A DNA stretch of 62,926 bases, the filler included, from Octopus bimaculoides (Eukaryota), in NCBI RefSeq assembly GCF_001194135.2. It is 5 parts of 4 records of this genome, joined end to end, with 100 filler letters (N's around TTAATTAATTAA, not from the genome) between each part and the next. Parts side by side here need not be neighbours in the genome. Positions count along the whole stretch, not along the records: positions 7,832 to 35,318 come from NW_026345656.1; 4 more parts are not named here. The stretch is one strand, 5' to 3'. The position numbers and the translations under genes were made by a program. The notes under the pieces are model-generated. The model saw nothing but the letters and a program-made list of their open reading frames with translations, did no database searches and was not told the DNA's origin. Positions 11,742 to 26,434 of this stretch are shown piece by piece; within the stretch, counting starts at the first letter, position 1, and each line of letters starts with the position of its first letter.

Positions 11742-12245
11742 TCTTTGTGTATCTATTATATGAGTAGCACTGCCTGGCTTTGCTGTATCGATTAACCATA
11801 CTTTTCTCTCGGGTGAATCCCCCATCGTACAGGACTTCCAGCCATGATCACCACCTCAGAATATGTACGAGGAGAATGTTGCAATTACAGTAATACTACC
11901 ACTACTACTGCTACCTGTATTGGTGGTGGTGGTAGTAAAAATTGTAATGGCGATGTGTACTTAAGTGGCGGTGGGGTAGGTGGGGGACAATCAGTGTTTC
12001 ATGTGAAGAACTCGAAGAAAAATGGTAATGAACGAAGCAGGTGATGTCAAGCAGCTGGGACTTTTATTCCGTAGAACGTGTGTGTGTGTGGGGGGGGGGG
12101 GGTGTACATGTGTGTGTATATATGTCTGTGTGTATGTGCGTAATATGTGTATGTATGCATATGTGTGTTCGTATGTATCTGTGTTTGTATGTCTATATAA
12201 TGTGTGCTTGTGTATGTGTATATATGTGTATGTTTCTGCGTTGGG

Positions 12246-12306
<61 letters not shown>

Positions 12307-12648
12307 TATGTATGTATCTGTACCTATATATGCATATATGAATAAACATACATATATATGCACACATGTACACGCACACACGTGTATATAGTCATACATG
12401 CGTACGTGCATGCATAGACACACATGAAGATGAAACAAGAAATAGATGATGGATGAACAAGGAAAATAAGATAAAGAAACGATAAAGAAAAGTAGAAAAG
12501 AAGAACGAAACTCGATAAAGAACTTAAGAAGAAGAACAACAACAGCAACAAACAAGATGAAGAGCGAAAAGCCTGATCTGGGCACAATGGTTCTGTGTCA
12601 TAGAAACGTTAAGAAGTACAACGTGAGAGCGAGAAAGAAAAAGGCAGG

Positions 12649-12695
<47 letters not shown>

Positions 12696-12730
12696 GAACT
12701 AGATAGATAGATAGATAGATAGATAGATAT

Positions 12731-12773
<43 letters not shown>

Positions 12774-14213
12774 CATAACGATAGATAGACATATGGATGG
12801 ATGGATAGATAGATAGATAAACATAAATAGTTAGATGTATAGATATAGGTAGTTAAATAGATATGTTTTTTTTTATTGGCCACACAGGGGACAAAATACA
12901 AAGCAGAGCTTTTCTTTTGGGGAAGGAAAGAAAAAAAAGGAGGGTTGAATTTCGATCAAAAGGGATCGAAGAAAGAAAAAAAAAAGATAAACATATAGAG
13001 AGATAGATAGATATGTGGATAGATGGATGGATATTTAGCGATGGATAGAGACAGATAGATCGATATGGAAAGGTGAGGCAGGGAGATAAAGATGTGCACA
13101 CGTACATGCCTATGGAGGATCAAGATGTTATAACGACTTATCAGAAAGTTATGTAATTAACTCGCTTAATCTATGCTGTGATTATTTCAGTAACGTAAGT
13201 TTCAGGTTAGAGTGACCATGAGAAAACTCGAGGGGAGAAGAGCAATTACATATATTTCATTACACAGATCGAGAAAAGAGAATGTTTTCCATGGAACTTT
13301 CTAATCAGAAAACACAACTGTATCAGAAAGCAAAAAGTCAAACAAGAAATGCAGTGTAATTTAAGAAAATACACACACATGGATATATATGCATGCACAT
13401 TATATATATATNNNNNNNNNNNNNNNNNNNNNNNNNNNNNNNNNNNNNNNNNNNNNNNNNNNNNNNNNNNNNNNNNNNNNNNNNNNNNNNNNNNNNNNNN
13501 NNNNNNNNNNNNNNNNNNNNNNNNNNNNNNNNNNNNNNNNNNNNNNNNNNNNNNNNNNNNNNNNNNNNNNNNNNNNNNNNNNNNNNNNNNNNNNNNNNNN
13601 NNNNNNNNNNNNNNNNNNNNNNNNNNNNNNNNNNNNNNNNNNNNNNNNNNNNNNNNNNNNNNNNNNNNNNNNNNNNNATATATATATATATAAACAAAAC
13701 AACGGAGATCGTTTAAAAATATTTAGCTACATCACTTTACGTACGTTTCGTTAACAATATTTGATTTAGTTATATAATGTAAATCATGTAAACAAATAAA
13801 ATGTTGTCAAGTCTTCAGATAAGTGTAACATTCATTGTTAATATTAGTGGATTAGTGAATGCGTGGTCATAATCGGAAAAGGAATATTTATAGAGCTGTA
13901 AATAATGGTGACTTGTACAATTTAAATTTTAAACCAGATACATATCTAGTGCAAGTATTTTTGTATTATACGTATTTTAGCGAATGCTACGAATGATTTG
14001 AAATGCATCGTTATATACTTAAGCATGCAAGACTATAATATAAATGGTATCTGTGTATGTAAATATGAGACCAGGTTTAAAAATCAAAAACTGGGGCCAG
14101 TGCATTCAACTAAAAGTTCTTCAAGGCGATGCTCCAGCATGGCCGCAGTCAGACGACTAAAACAGGTAAAAGATGAAAGGCTAAAAGATATGTGAATGTG
14201 TGTGCATATGTAT

Positions 14214-14263
<50 letters not shown>

Positions 14264-14483
14264 CTGCATGTGTGTGCTTGTGTCCGGTTCATCATGTTCT
14301 GTGTGCGTTGCAAATGTGTGCAGTTGTAACTGCGCATGCGTGTGGTGTGCATACAAATAGTAGTAACGTAGGTGAAGATGGGGAAAAAAATCAATTTTCA
14401 GATTGTGACGAGTTGGTCATGGGTGAAGTGGCGTGAGAAGAAACAGCAGCAGGAGAAGTAGCAATAATATTAGTAGCGGTCAA

Positions 14484-14563
<80 letters not shown>

Positions 14564-15625
14564 TAATAAGATATGGAAAAACTAATAAGCAATATTTATG
14601 TTGGTGAAGCTGTCAATAATGATGGGCTTTTTTGGATTGTTAAAGGTGGGACTAGTCGATGCGGTTGCAATGGTCTCGCCGTTTAACCCCAAGTCAGTTC
14701 GNNNNNNNNNNNNNNNNNNNNNNNNNNNNNNNNNNNNNNNNNNNNNNNNNNNNNNNNNNNNNNNNNNNNNNNNNNNNNNNNNNNNNNNNNNNNNNNNNNN
14801 NNNNNNNNNNNNNNNNNNNNNNNNNNNNNNNNNNNNNNNNNNNNNNNNNNNNNNNNNNNNNNNNNNNNNNNNNNNNNNNNNNNNNNNNNNNNNNNGGGGT
14901 GGGAGAGGGGGAGGGTCTAGGAGGGTCTGAGGAAGAGGAAATTTTGGCTGCTGTGTCTATCACGTCAAACGACCACGAAAAATAACCCTCGTTAGTTCAA
15001 AGATGTTTTAAGTCTAGCAAGCGATGTAGTGGATAAGTCAACCGAGGATTGTAGGGATGTGGGATTATGGGACGAAAGAAGCGAGATATATTTCTGTACG
15101 CATATTAATTAAGCTTATTAACATTGTGGTTATTATTATTATTATTATTATTATTATCATTATTATCAGTATTATAATTAATATTATTAATATTATTAAT
15201 ATTATTGTCATCATTATATCTATGTGTGTATAGACGTGTATATATATATATGTATGTATTTTATATATATAATTATATTTATGTATATATACATAGATAT
15301 ATATACACATACGTGCACGTAAACATATACACATATAGACATACCTACATATATAGCCATACATATATATTCATGTATGTATATACATATATATAATATA
15401 TATACTTATATGCATATATGTGTATAAATATACATATACATAATATATATATATATATATGTATATATGTGTATAAATATACATATACATTGTTTATACA
15501 CACACATAGACAAGTGTTTATATATAAATAAATATATATATATATACACACATACACACACATATATATATATATATACACAGTGTTAGGGTGTGTAGAC
15601 GTAGACGTTTGAAATCCATTCCTAC

Positions 15626-15778
15626 CTTTCTCCAAAGCTTCTATTTGCGCAGCCGTAAATGAGGTACGGTTCCTTTGTAACTTCCGTTTCAACCGGATGC
15701 GCATTTGTTCATCGCTTTCTCCACTCTGACTCCCATCCCCCTGACCATTCTCGGAACTGGCGCTCATATGCTCGTTCT
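15626..15778 (-). CDS. Pax6: Pax6 internal exon: PD-HD linker end plus the N-terminus of the paired-type homeodomain (51 codons, phase 1-1)
   Basis: Encodes (E)NEHMSASSENGQGDGSQSGESDEQMRIRLKRKLQRNRTSFTAAQIEALEK(E). The QMRxxLKRKLQRNRTSFT motif is diagnostic of Pax6. Acceptor is TTTCAG| at 15779 and donor is AAG|GTAGGA at 15625, the conserved EKE intron position. Confidence 0.95.
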
Positions 15779-15812
15779 CTGAAATCACAGAATATTCGTA
15801 GGTTTGTAAAAT

Positions 15813-15819
15813 GTTAGTC
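15813..15819 (-). promoter_or_regulatory. Putative branch point GACTAAC of the Pax6 exon acceptor
   Basis: CTAAC consensus ~35 nt upstream of the AG. Confidence 0.5.
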
Positions 15820-15896
15820 GTTTGGTGGTCGTGTGAGTTTATTTGTTCGTTCGTTAAAACTTTGTAATTAACTTCTTTTTTTTTTTTACATTACTA

Positions 15897-15928
<32 letters not shown>

Positions 15929-16360
15929 GTTGTTGTTGTTTTTGTATGCGTTATCCTATCAGAGGAACGTATCCGTACTTTAATCTAACGTAGGAACCCG
16001 GTTTCTCTTTGTAGGGCAGGTTTAAATTTTCAGTCTTTTATACTTTACTTTTTACTAATTTACACTTTTTTCGTGTGAATCTTGTGAATAGCAGGGGAAA
16101 ATATTATCCACATCATTATAAATATCCCTCTTTTTTTGTTTTGTTTTGTTTTTTGTTTTGTTTGCTTTTCATTCCTGTTATTCTATTACTGGACTATATC
16201 AGTACCCCATTCTAACGGTGAGGACCCATTTTCTCTATGTAGTGCAGTTTTAATTTTACGACCTCCTTGCTTTTTTTAAACGAAAATTTTCCTTAATATT
16301 TTTGTGTGCGTGTGGTTTTTGTGAACAGCAGAGAAATTATTATAATTGTTATTATTATAA

Positions 16361-16402
<42 letters not shown>

Positions 16403-16406
<4 letters not shown>

Positions 16407-16777
16407 AAATATTATCTCGTGCTGTAATCTAACTCTAGGAAACATTTTTGTATTTAATTTTACTAACACTTTTGCGCTTAAGCTTTGTTTTAAAATTGCT
16501 TTCCTTAAATTCTACTTTGTGTGAGCCTTTGCGAACGGTAGACAAGACTTTATTATTCTCTTAACTCAGGTCTTGCTGAGACTCTTGGAATCTTGAATGA
16601 GTTGCTGGTATGCTACCTGCAGCCTAGGTACCATGCTAGATGTTCGCTTGGCGGTGCCAAGGACACAAACCTTTCGTAACAGTTCTACTGGACACTCTAG
16701 TCCGATTTTCTTTAAGTTCTTGATGCCTTCAAATACTGTCCCCAAGGACCCAGCAAAAATTGCCACTATCTCCACCA
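16403..16777 (-). mobile_element. R4/Dong-like RLE non-LTR retrotransposon, 5'-truncated 3' end
   Basis: IVAIFAGSLGTV..GIKNLKKIGLECPVELLRKVCVLGTAK resembles the RLE C-terminus. (TAA)n tracts flank both sides. Confidence 0.7.
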
Positions 16778-16846
16778 TTATTATTATTAATATTATTATT
16801 ATTATTATTACTACTGCTACTACGGCGTTGAGCCTGCAAAATCTTT

Positions 16847-17038
16847 AGCATGCCGGGCAAATTGCTTAACGGTATTTCGCCCCGTATTACGTTCTGAGTT
16901 CAAATTCGGCCGAGATTGACTTTGCATTCCTCGTTTCAGGGTCGATAAAAAAAAGTAACCAACTGACCCCTGGGATCGATGTGAGGTGACTTAACCCCCT
17001 CCCCCGAAATTACTTGCCTTGTGTCAAAATTTTAAAAC
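16847..17038 (+). mobile_element. SINE family B, degraded
   Basis: GCATGCCGGGCAAATTGCTTAACGGTATTTCG..GAGTTCAAATTCGGCCGAG..GGGTCGATAAA matches the 11541 copy. Confidence 0.75.
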
Positions 17039-17052
17039 TACTATTATTATTG

Positions 17053-17087
<35 letters not shown>

Positions 17088-18227
17088 GTTATAGGGGAGA
17101 ACGAGGGAGTGGAGCTATTTCTGATCACAAACCCCATTTTGTGGTTATCTCGATTTTCAGATCGCTACATCTAAATAATTCTTAGTATCTTTTATTAGTA
17201 ATAGTATTTATTATTATTTTTTTTACTGGTGATGGCGTGGTGTTTTTGTTGTTGGTAGTGACTTATTGTTAGATTTAATCTTAAACTATGCTGATTTCAT
17301 TTTTTTTTCATGTATATATATACACACACATATATATGTAGATAGATAGATAAATACAAGCACACACACACACAACAGAACACACACGAACACAGAGGAT
17401 TGGTAGAACAGACAAGAAAAATAAAACTCAGTACACGAGGATATGTATAATGTATGTAATGATCGGCAGAAAATCACAATTGTGACTCAAGCGCCGAGAG
17501 TTTCGAGTATAATACCAATCGCTTTGATAAATGACATGGCCGAATCTCACCTGCCTTATGTGCGTGCATGTATATAATTTACTAATTGCTAATATATATA
17601 TATAGTTTACTATTTGCTATGGTAGGATCAACAAAGAAAGTACCCCATCTGTTGAGATAAATATAATTTAATGTACACAGTACTTAAGAAATACTGATAG
17701 TTTCATGCCATGGAGATACTGAGGCGAGACAGATTCATAAGACATTGCTTGTGTCTGCTAGCAATCGTCAGGCTCGGAGCACGTGGTTAGATCTATTTTA
17801 ATACCAGGACGCTGGCACATGAGAAATCGCGAGAAAAAAAACGAGAAGGTTCATGCAAATAGTGGAATGAGAAGACAAAGGGTGAATAAAAACAGTTGTT
17901 TTCTCGTTTTATTCTCGTTTTGTTTCGCAATTTCTCATTTACCAGCATACTGGTTTTCAAATATAACTAACTTTGTTCTCTGAGTCTGAAGATTGCTTGT
18001 AGACATAAAGCATGTTATGTAAATCTGTCTAATTACGGTGTCTCTATGGCAAGAAACAATCAGTAGCTCTTATTTTAATACTGTGAACGTTATCAATTTA
18101 TTAGCGTATGTGTCTGTGCTATCATTGAAGTTTGAAGGAATTTCCTTGTTCTAGAAATGACAAAATATATGGCCAATCTTGTTCAATTCACCTGACGTAA
18201 CGACTTCGACTATGATAATAATAATAA

Positions 18228-18432
18228 TAGTATAGCTCTGCTGGAGACAGCTATGATTTTGAGATCGCTACTTGAATATTGAATGTCCCCTACGATAATT
18301 AAAAACCAAGTATCAAAGCTTATGATATGCCCAAAGAGACCCTGTGAGACCTCGGACAACAGGCTGTTGTCCAGTCTCACAGAATCTGCCAGCACAAACG
18401 AAACCGAACGTTTTGAGAAGTAAAACAATAAG
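18228..18432 (+). mobile_element. Very short R4/Dong-like 3' end
   Basis: IALLETAMILRSLLEY* resembles the C-terminal xALLGTAHILRK motif seen at 43600. A 3' UTR with a hairpin follows, and TAA repeats flank both sides. Confidence 0.55.
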
Positions 18433-18928
18433 AATAATAATAATGATAATAATTTCAGGTGTACAGGTCCCATGTTTTTGAAGGTGAGGAAATAAGGCTT
18501 CTGACATTTACCCCAGTCCCTAATACATACTGGCAACAAACCGTCCAAGCCATCAACTTGGAGTACGAAGAAGGGGTGGGGAATATTACGTGTCTACAGG
18601 TATTTGGCGTTAAGAAGGATTTCTGAGACCTAATTACGCAGCAGACCGATTCGTCAGGCGCTCTCTCTCTCTCTCCTACCGATTCTGTTACATCACTCTA
18701 TTAACAACAATAATGATGATAATAATAATAATAATAATAAATTATTATTATAACAATAATAACAAAACAACGACAGTAGTAATAACAGTATTGTTAATAT
18801 TTAAAATAATAGTGACGAAAAAATAATGAGATCATTATATTATTGATTACATGAACGATAATAATGATAATCATAATAATAATAATAATAATAATAATAA
18901 TATGGCAGTAATGATAATAATAATAGTA

Positions 18929-18959
<31 letters not shown>

Positions 18960-18999
18960 AGATGAAAGTAATAATAATAATAAAATAATAAAGACGGCA

Positions 19000-19065
<66 letters not shown>

Positions 19066-19393
19066 GTGACAATAATATTAATAATATGCTTGAGAATTAA
19101 TGACAAACTTTTCTAAGAGACATAAAGAGTAATGAATGAACGGGAAGTCGACCAATCAAAAGAAAGTGAGTAACGTAGTAGTAGAAGAAGATGAACAATG
19201 TCTATACGTGAAAACGAATTTTCGGAGAAAAACAAACAAATAACATCTCGAAGCTTGAATAAAAAATATTTCAAGCTATGACTAGGGTTATATGTGCACG
19301 AAATATCAACATTTCAATCAATTTCCTTAGAGAGTTTGAGAGAAATAATTTGTAACACGAATCGATATTGTAAGGATTGCCTATTCTGATTGA

Positions 19394-19435
<42 letters not shown>

Positions 19436-19526
19436 TAACTGTTGAAAGTTTTATGTAGCTTGGCGTATAATTTAAGTAAGCATTTTATATATATATATGC
19501 TCACACATATACATATACATATTTAA

Positions 19527-19574
<48 letters not shown>

Positions 19575-20868
19575 CCGTATACATGGACATATATATACAT
19601 ATACACAAACAAATATATACACAAACATACATATGTATAAATATATACAAACATATACAAATATACACATATATATATATATATACATACATACATATAT
19701 ACACATATATATATATATACATACATACATATATACACATATATATATATATACATACATACATATATANNNNNNNNNNNNNNNNNNNNNNNNNNNNNNN
19801 NNNNNNNNNNNNNNNNNNNNNNNNNNNNNNNNNNNNNNNNNNNNNNNNNNNNNNNNNNNNNNNNNNNNNNNNNNNNNNNNNNNNNNNNNNNNNNNNNNNN
19901 NNNNNNNNNNNNNNNNNNNNNNNNNNNNNNNNNNNNNNNNNNNNNNNNNNNNNNNNNNNNNNNNNNNNNNNNNNNNNNNNNNNNNNNNNNNNNNNNNNNN
20001 NNNNNNNNNNNNNNNNNNNNNNNNNNNNNNNNNNNNNNNNNNNNNNNNNNNNNNNNNNNNNNNNNNNNNNNNNNNNNNNNNNNNNNNNNNNNNNNNNNNN
20101 NNNNNNNNNNNNNNNNNNNNNNNNNNNNNNNNNNNNNNNNNNNNNNNNNNNNNNNNNNNNNNNNNNNNNNNNNNNNNNNNNNNNNNNNNNNNNNNNNNNN
20201 NNNNNNNNNNNNNNNNNNNNNNNNNNNNNNNNNNNNNNNNNNNNNNNNNNNNNNNNNNNNNNNNNNNNNNNNNNNNNNNNNNNNNNNNNNNNNNNNNNNN
20301 NNNNNNNNNNNNNNNNNNNNNNNNNNNGTGTGTGTGTGTGTGTGTGACTCTTTTAGTTTTTGCTTCCGTCCACGCTGGTGTACCGCCTTGAAGAGTCTTT
20401 AGTCGGAGAAATCGACTCCAGGCGGTTTTATTCGTAATTTTTTTTTTTTTTTGTAGAGGCTAGTACCTATTCTATATTCTATCGGTATCTTTTGCCGAAC
20501 AGCTACGTTATGGGGACGCAAACACGCCACCACTGGCTGTCAAGCGGTGGTGGTGGTGTTTGGCAAAAACACAGCCACAGAGACACTCTCATACACACAC
20601 ACAAACACACACACATTCGTACATATAACGGACATATAACGGTACATATACATACAGACATTACGAGCTTATAACTTGGCCTCCTAATTACACCCGTGTC
20701 TTCATTTCACGTATGATACCGGGTAATTACGTGGTCAGCTGATTATTAGGACATAAGTGTCTGGCAGTGGCGTAGGCGGTGGGGTGCTGCTGTAGTGGTG
20801 GTAGTAGTAGTGGTGTTGCGGACCATAGCGATGGAAGCGGCGACAGTGGCGTTTGGGAGTCGTTGCTA

Positions 20869-20903
<35 letters not shown>

Positions 20904-21116
20904 ATTTTGAGAACGATAAGGTGTGTTTCGTGTTGTAGTTTTAGCGATGGAGTAGGTTGTGGTTCGTCCGCAAAATTAATGGTAGTAGTTGTTAATAGTA
21001 GCATTAATAATGTTAGCTATCGCAGTAATTTCGATATTAGCCTACGTCATACATATCTGTATACGTGCGTAGTTTAATTAACACCTAGAAAAATGTATAT
21101 ACAGTATATATATTAT

Positions 21117-21513
21117 AGGCGTAGGAGTGGCTGTGTGGTAAGTAGCTAGCTTACCAACCACATGGTCCCGGGTTCAGTCCCACTGCGCGGCATCTTGGGC
21201 AAGTGTCTTCTACTATAGCCTCGGGCCGACCAAAGCCTTGTGAGTGGATTTGGTAGACGGAAACTGAAAGAAGCCAGTCGTATATATGTATATATATATA
21301 TATATGTATGTGTGTGTTTGTCCCCCCAACATCGCTTGACAACAGATGCTGGTGTGTTTATGTCCCCGTAACTTAGCGGTTCGGCAAAAGAGATCGATAG
21401 AATAAGTACTAGGCTTCTAAAGAATAAGTCCTGGGGTCGATTTGCTCGACTAAAAGGCGGTGCTCCAGCATGGCCACAGTCAAAAGAGTGAAACAAGTAA
21501 AAGAGTAAAAGAG
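21117..21513 (+). mobile_element. tRNA-derived SINE family A, near full length
   Basis: tRNA-like head (TGGCTGTGTGGTAAG; GGTTCAGTCCC), internal (TA)/(TG) tract and tail ending (GTAAAAGA)n. Highly similar to the copies at 59888 and 62439. Confidence 0.9.
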
Positions 21514-21564
<51 letters not shown>

Positions 21565-21792
21565 ATGCATGTATATATATGTATATGCATATATGTATAT
21601 ATATATGCATATATATATATATATGTATATGCATATATGTATATATATATATATATATGCATATATGTATATATATATGTATATATATATATATACATAT
21701 GTGTATATATATATATGTGTATATATATATATGTATATATATGTGTGTTTATATATATATATATGTATGTATATATGTGTATGTATATATGT

Positions 21793-21866
<74 letters not shown>

Positions 21867-23063
21867 ATATATATATGTATGTATATATGTATATATATAT
21901 ATATGCCACATACGCACTCTCACATACGCACACTCACATACATACAGAAATATATACACAAATTGAATGCTGAGTATCCACGGAGTTTGGCTAGCGTGAA
22001 TTCTTAAGCAAGACTTTTCAGTTACAATTTTCTAAACTACAATGAACTTAACAATGATGATGATGGTGGTGGTTTGTGATGATGAAGGCAACGGTGGTGC
22101 TGGTGATGATGGTGACGGTTCTTGTGTTGGTGGTTGTGGTAGTGGTGATGAATGTGGTGGTGGTGGTCGTGGTGTTGATGGGGGTACTGGTAAGGATGGC
22201 GGTAACAAATGCTAGACATGATAGCGGTATATTTAGCAAAACGATAACAAAATGACAATTATGATGCTGATGATGATGATGATGATCGTGAAAACGATGA
22301 TGATGGTGGTGATGGTGTGGTGGCGGTAATAGTGGTGTCGAAAATAATTACATGAAAATATGACAATCGTTGTAATGGTGTTAATGGCGGCAATCAGCAA
22401 AAATACTGAGAAAATGGCGGAAGAAGAAGAAGAGGAGAAGGAGGAGGAGAAAAAGATGATGGTGGATAGGATGGTAGAGAAGAAGAAGAGGAGGAGGAGG
22501 AGGTGGTGATGGTGGATAGGATGATAAAAACACAGAGAGACTATGAGGACGACAACAACAACTACAAATCGAAAATTAAACCATTATTACAATAACAAAT
22601 ATTTAAAAAAACCAGATAATTGAGGACATGATGACTACCACAACGTAACAACAACAAGATGAGCAGTAGCAATGCAAGAGGACAGCAATAAAATAGTAGC
22701 CGAACAACAACAAGAACACTAATAACAAAAGCAAAAACACTAGAGATGACGAACGAAAAGATGGCCGCCACAACGCAACATCGACGAAAACATTAAGAGC
22801 GCTACAACGAAAGGTAAACAAGCAAGAACAAGAAGAATCTCGAAGGTGAGACAGACCACAACTCAGCCCGAAACCACCACCGCCACCACCACCAATTATA
22901 CCAGCATTGTCAGCAGCAGCAGTAGTGACAACAGCAACATTAACCACGACAAATGACAAACGTGAAGCGCCGCCATTTTTTTTTAAAGTGTCATGTTTTT
23001 GACAGATGAAGATTTTTGACAAAATTACGTCAATTGCTAATAATTGCATAGCGTTATATGGGA

Positions 23064-23136
<73 letters not shown>

Positions 23137-23350
23137 NNNNNNNNNNNNNNNNNNNNNNNNNNNNNNNNNNNNNNNNNNNNNNNNNNNNNNNNNNNNNNNN
23201 NNNNNNNNNNNNNNNNNNNNNNNNNNNNNNNNNNNNNNNNNNNNNNNNNNNNNNNNNNNNNNNNNNNNNNNNNNNNNNNNNNNNNNNNNNNNNNNNNNNN
23301 NNNNNNNNNNNNNNNNNNNNNNNNNNNNNNNNNNNNNNNNNNNNNNNNNN

Positions 23351-23413
<63 letters not shown>

Positions 23414-25848
23414 ATTTTTATTCAGATGATTATGTATGTATAGAGAGATAGACTATGTATGCATGTATGTATGTATATATATATTGAAATCTAAAATGTG
23501 TTATTTACTCTTTAAATGCATGTATATATATGTGTATGTATATCTATAAGCAAATGCTATTACTTATTCAAACTGAAGTTCACACAAGACCAAGTAACAC
23601 ACGCATATACACATACATACATACATTCATACATATATACATACATGTGCAGTCATGTATATAACGACACTTCTAAACTCACGACTTACAGGCATACACG
23701 CATACACAAACGCGTATATTATGTAAACATATACACATTCAGAAATATAGGAGAATGAAGGAATGAGATAATAGAAAGATAAACCGACGATGAAGGAATT
23801 AATGAAAGACTGAAGGCAAAAGGATATAGAGCGAACGAAATCGGAATGAATAAAAGAACGACAGACGGAAAGAAGGAAAGATAAATCGGAAAGAAAGAAA
23901 AAGGAATGATTGAAGGCTGGAATAAAGAGAGGTAGAATGTATGAGTGAATGAAAAAGGGAAAGAAAAAAGAGCACGAAGGAAATGGTGGGGCTAGAATAG
24001 GAAGGAAAAAGAGAAAGGTATAGTGCGATAAGAGTGGAAGGGAGAGGTAGAAGAATTCAAAGAATGTTAACATAAGAGAGACGAGGGAACGCAATGGGAG
24101 ACTTTGGTGGGTGGAAACGAGGTTAAAGGAAGTAGCAAGGAAGACATTTTTTTTTCTGGAGCGTTTCTAAAACATAAAACATAATTTGTCAGCCATATTG
24201 TAAGGAGTAAGATGGCGAATTAGATCGCTCGTAGCAGGGATGTGTGTGTGTGTGTGTGGATATATATATATATATATATGTGTGTATATGTGTATATACA
24301 TGTGGGTGTGTATGTGTGCACGCGTGTGAGTATGTATGTATGTATGCATTTGTGCATGTGTGTGTGTATTTATGCCTTTGCGTACGTTGTGTGCACATAT
24401 GTACGTGCGTATACATGCATATATGTATGTGTGCAAATATAATATACAGATACGTACATATATATCGTACACACACGTGTATATGGTTATGCATGTATGT
24501 ATAGAAAGATAGATAGATAGATAGATAGATGTCTTACAATATATGAGAGAGACAGAGTCAGAAGGACAAATCAGACTTACTTGAAAGAAACAGATCGAAA
24601 CAAAAACATACTAAGGACGTGGAATGAATTTTAGAAAAAGCACAACACGCACTCTCAAGTGTATATATGTATATATATGTATGTGTATATATATATNNNN
24701 NNNNNNNNNNNNNNNNNNNNNNNNNNNNNNNNNNNNNNNNNNNNNNNNNNNNNNNNNNNNNNNNNNNNNNNNNNNNNNNNNNNNNNNNNNNNNNNNNNNN
24801 NNNNNNNNNNNNNNNNNNNNNNNNNNNNNNNNNNNNNNNNNNNNNNNNNNNNNNNNNNNNNNNNNNNNNNNNNNNNNNNNNNNNNNNNNNNNNNNNNNNN
24901 NNNNNNNNNNNNNNNNNNNNNNNNNNNNNNNNNNNNNNNNNNNNNNNNNNNNNNNNNNNNNNNNNNNNNNNNNNNNNNNNNNNNNNNNNNNNNNNNNNNN
25001 NNNNNNNNNNNNNNNNNNNNNNNNNNNNNNNNNNNNNNNNNNNNNNNNNNNNNNNNNNNNNNNNNNNNNNNNNNNNNNNNNNNNNNNNNNNNNNNNNNNN
25101 NNNNNNNNNNNNNNNNNNNNNNNNNNNNNNNNNNNNNNNNNNNNNNNNNNNNNNNNNNNNNNNNNNNNNNNNNNNNNNNNNNNNNNNNNNNNNNNNNNNN
25201 NNNNNNNNNNNNNNNNNNNNNNNNNNNNNNNNNNNNNNNNNNNNNNNNNNNNNNNNNNNNNNNNNNNNNNNNNNNNNNNNNNNNNNNNNNNNNNNNNNNN
25301 NNNNNNNNNNNNNNNNNNNNNNNNNNNNNNNNNNNNNNNNNNNNNNNNNNNNNNNNNNNNNNNNNNNNNNNNNNNNNNNNNNNNNNNNNNNNNNNNNNNN
25401 NNNNNNNNNNNNNNNNNNNNNNNNNNNNNNNNNNNNNNNNNNNNNNNNNNNNNNNNNNNNNNNNNNNNNNNNNNNNNNNNNNNNNNNNNNNNNNNNNNNN
25501 NNNNNNNNNNNNNNNNNNNNNNNNNNNNNNNNNNNNNNNNNNNNNNNNNNNNNNNNNNNNNNNNNNNNNNNNNNNNNNNNNNNNNNNNNNNNNNNNNNNN
25601 NNNNNNNNNNNNNNNNNNNNNNNNNNNNNNNNNNNNNNNNNNNNNNNNNNNNNNNNNNNNNNNNNNNNNNNNNNNNNNNNNNNNNNNGTATGTATACAAT
25701 TGTGTTTTCTTTTACATTTTTAAAAATTAAAAACCATTAAAATAAAATACGTGAAAAGATAAGAATTTCCTGAAAAAACTCTACAAATACATTTTTAAAA
25801 CAGAACACGTACGACGACCACCACTACTACAACTGCTACTACTTCTAT

Positions 25849-25891
<43 letters not shown>

Positions 25892-26206
25892 GCTAATAAT
25901 AATAATAATAATAGTGCCTGGTGTACCCTTGTCAAACGGGTAGCCATGATGGATATACTGGGCTTCGTATATTTTACCCCAGTGTCACTTTGATGGCATG
26001 CACTGCTCTCTCACCCAATAATAATAATTGAATTCTCTTATTTGCCATGGGGACATTAGAGGAGGGGGGGTGTACATTACGAGGACAGTTTAGAATATGC
26101 TTGAGGACTTTACGATAACAAGACGAAGGATAAGCAGAGAAGAGGAAAAGAAACTGAAGCTATACTACTACTATTGTTAATACTATTAACAATAACAGTA
26201 ATATTC

Positions 26207-26264
<58 letters not shown>

Positions 26265-26434
26265 GTGTAGTGATAGGTAGACCAAGAACTAGAAGAGGAA
26301 AAAGAACGATGAGGAAACCTATGAAAATAAAAACGCAAAGAACGTAGAATAAAGATGGATGACAAGGAAAAATAACGGTATTTGAAAAGAATTTTTAAAA
26401 ATAAAAAATATATTGAAATGCAATATATATATAT

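Noticed and set aside
17540-17650. Possible cryptic Pax6 exon (AACAG| ... GGCAG|GTGAG) on the minus strand
   Set aside because: It contains a stop in the phase-1 frame required to join the Pax6 exon.
18370-18410. Minus-strand GRFCETGQ resembling the Pax6 paired-domain GRYYETGS
   Set aside because: The flanking residues do not match, and the sequence is the 3' UTR hairpin of an R4-like remnant.
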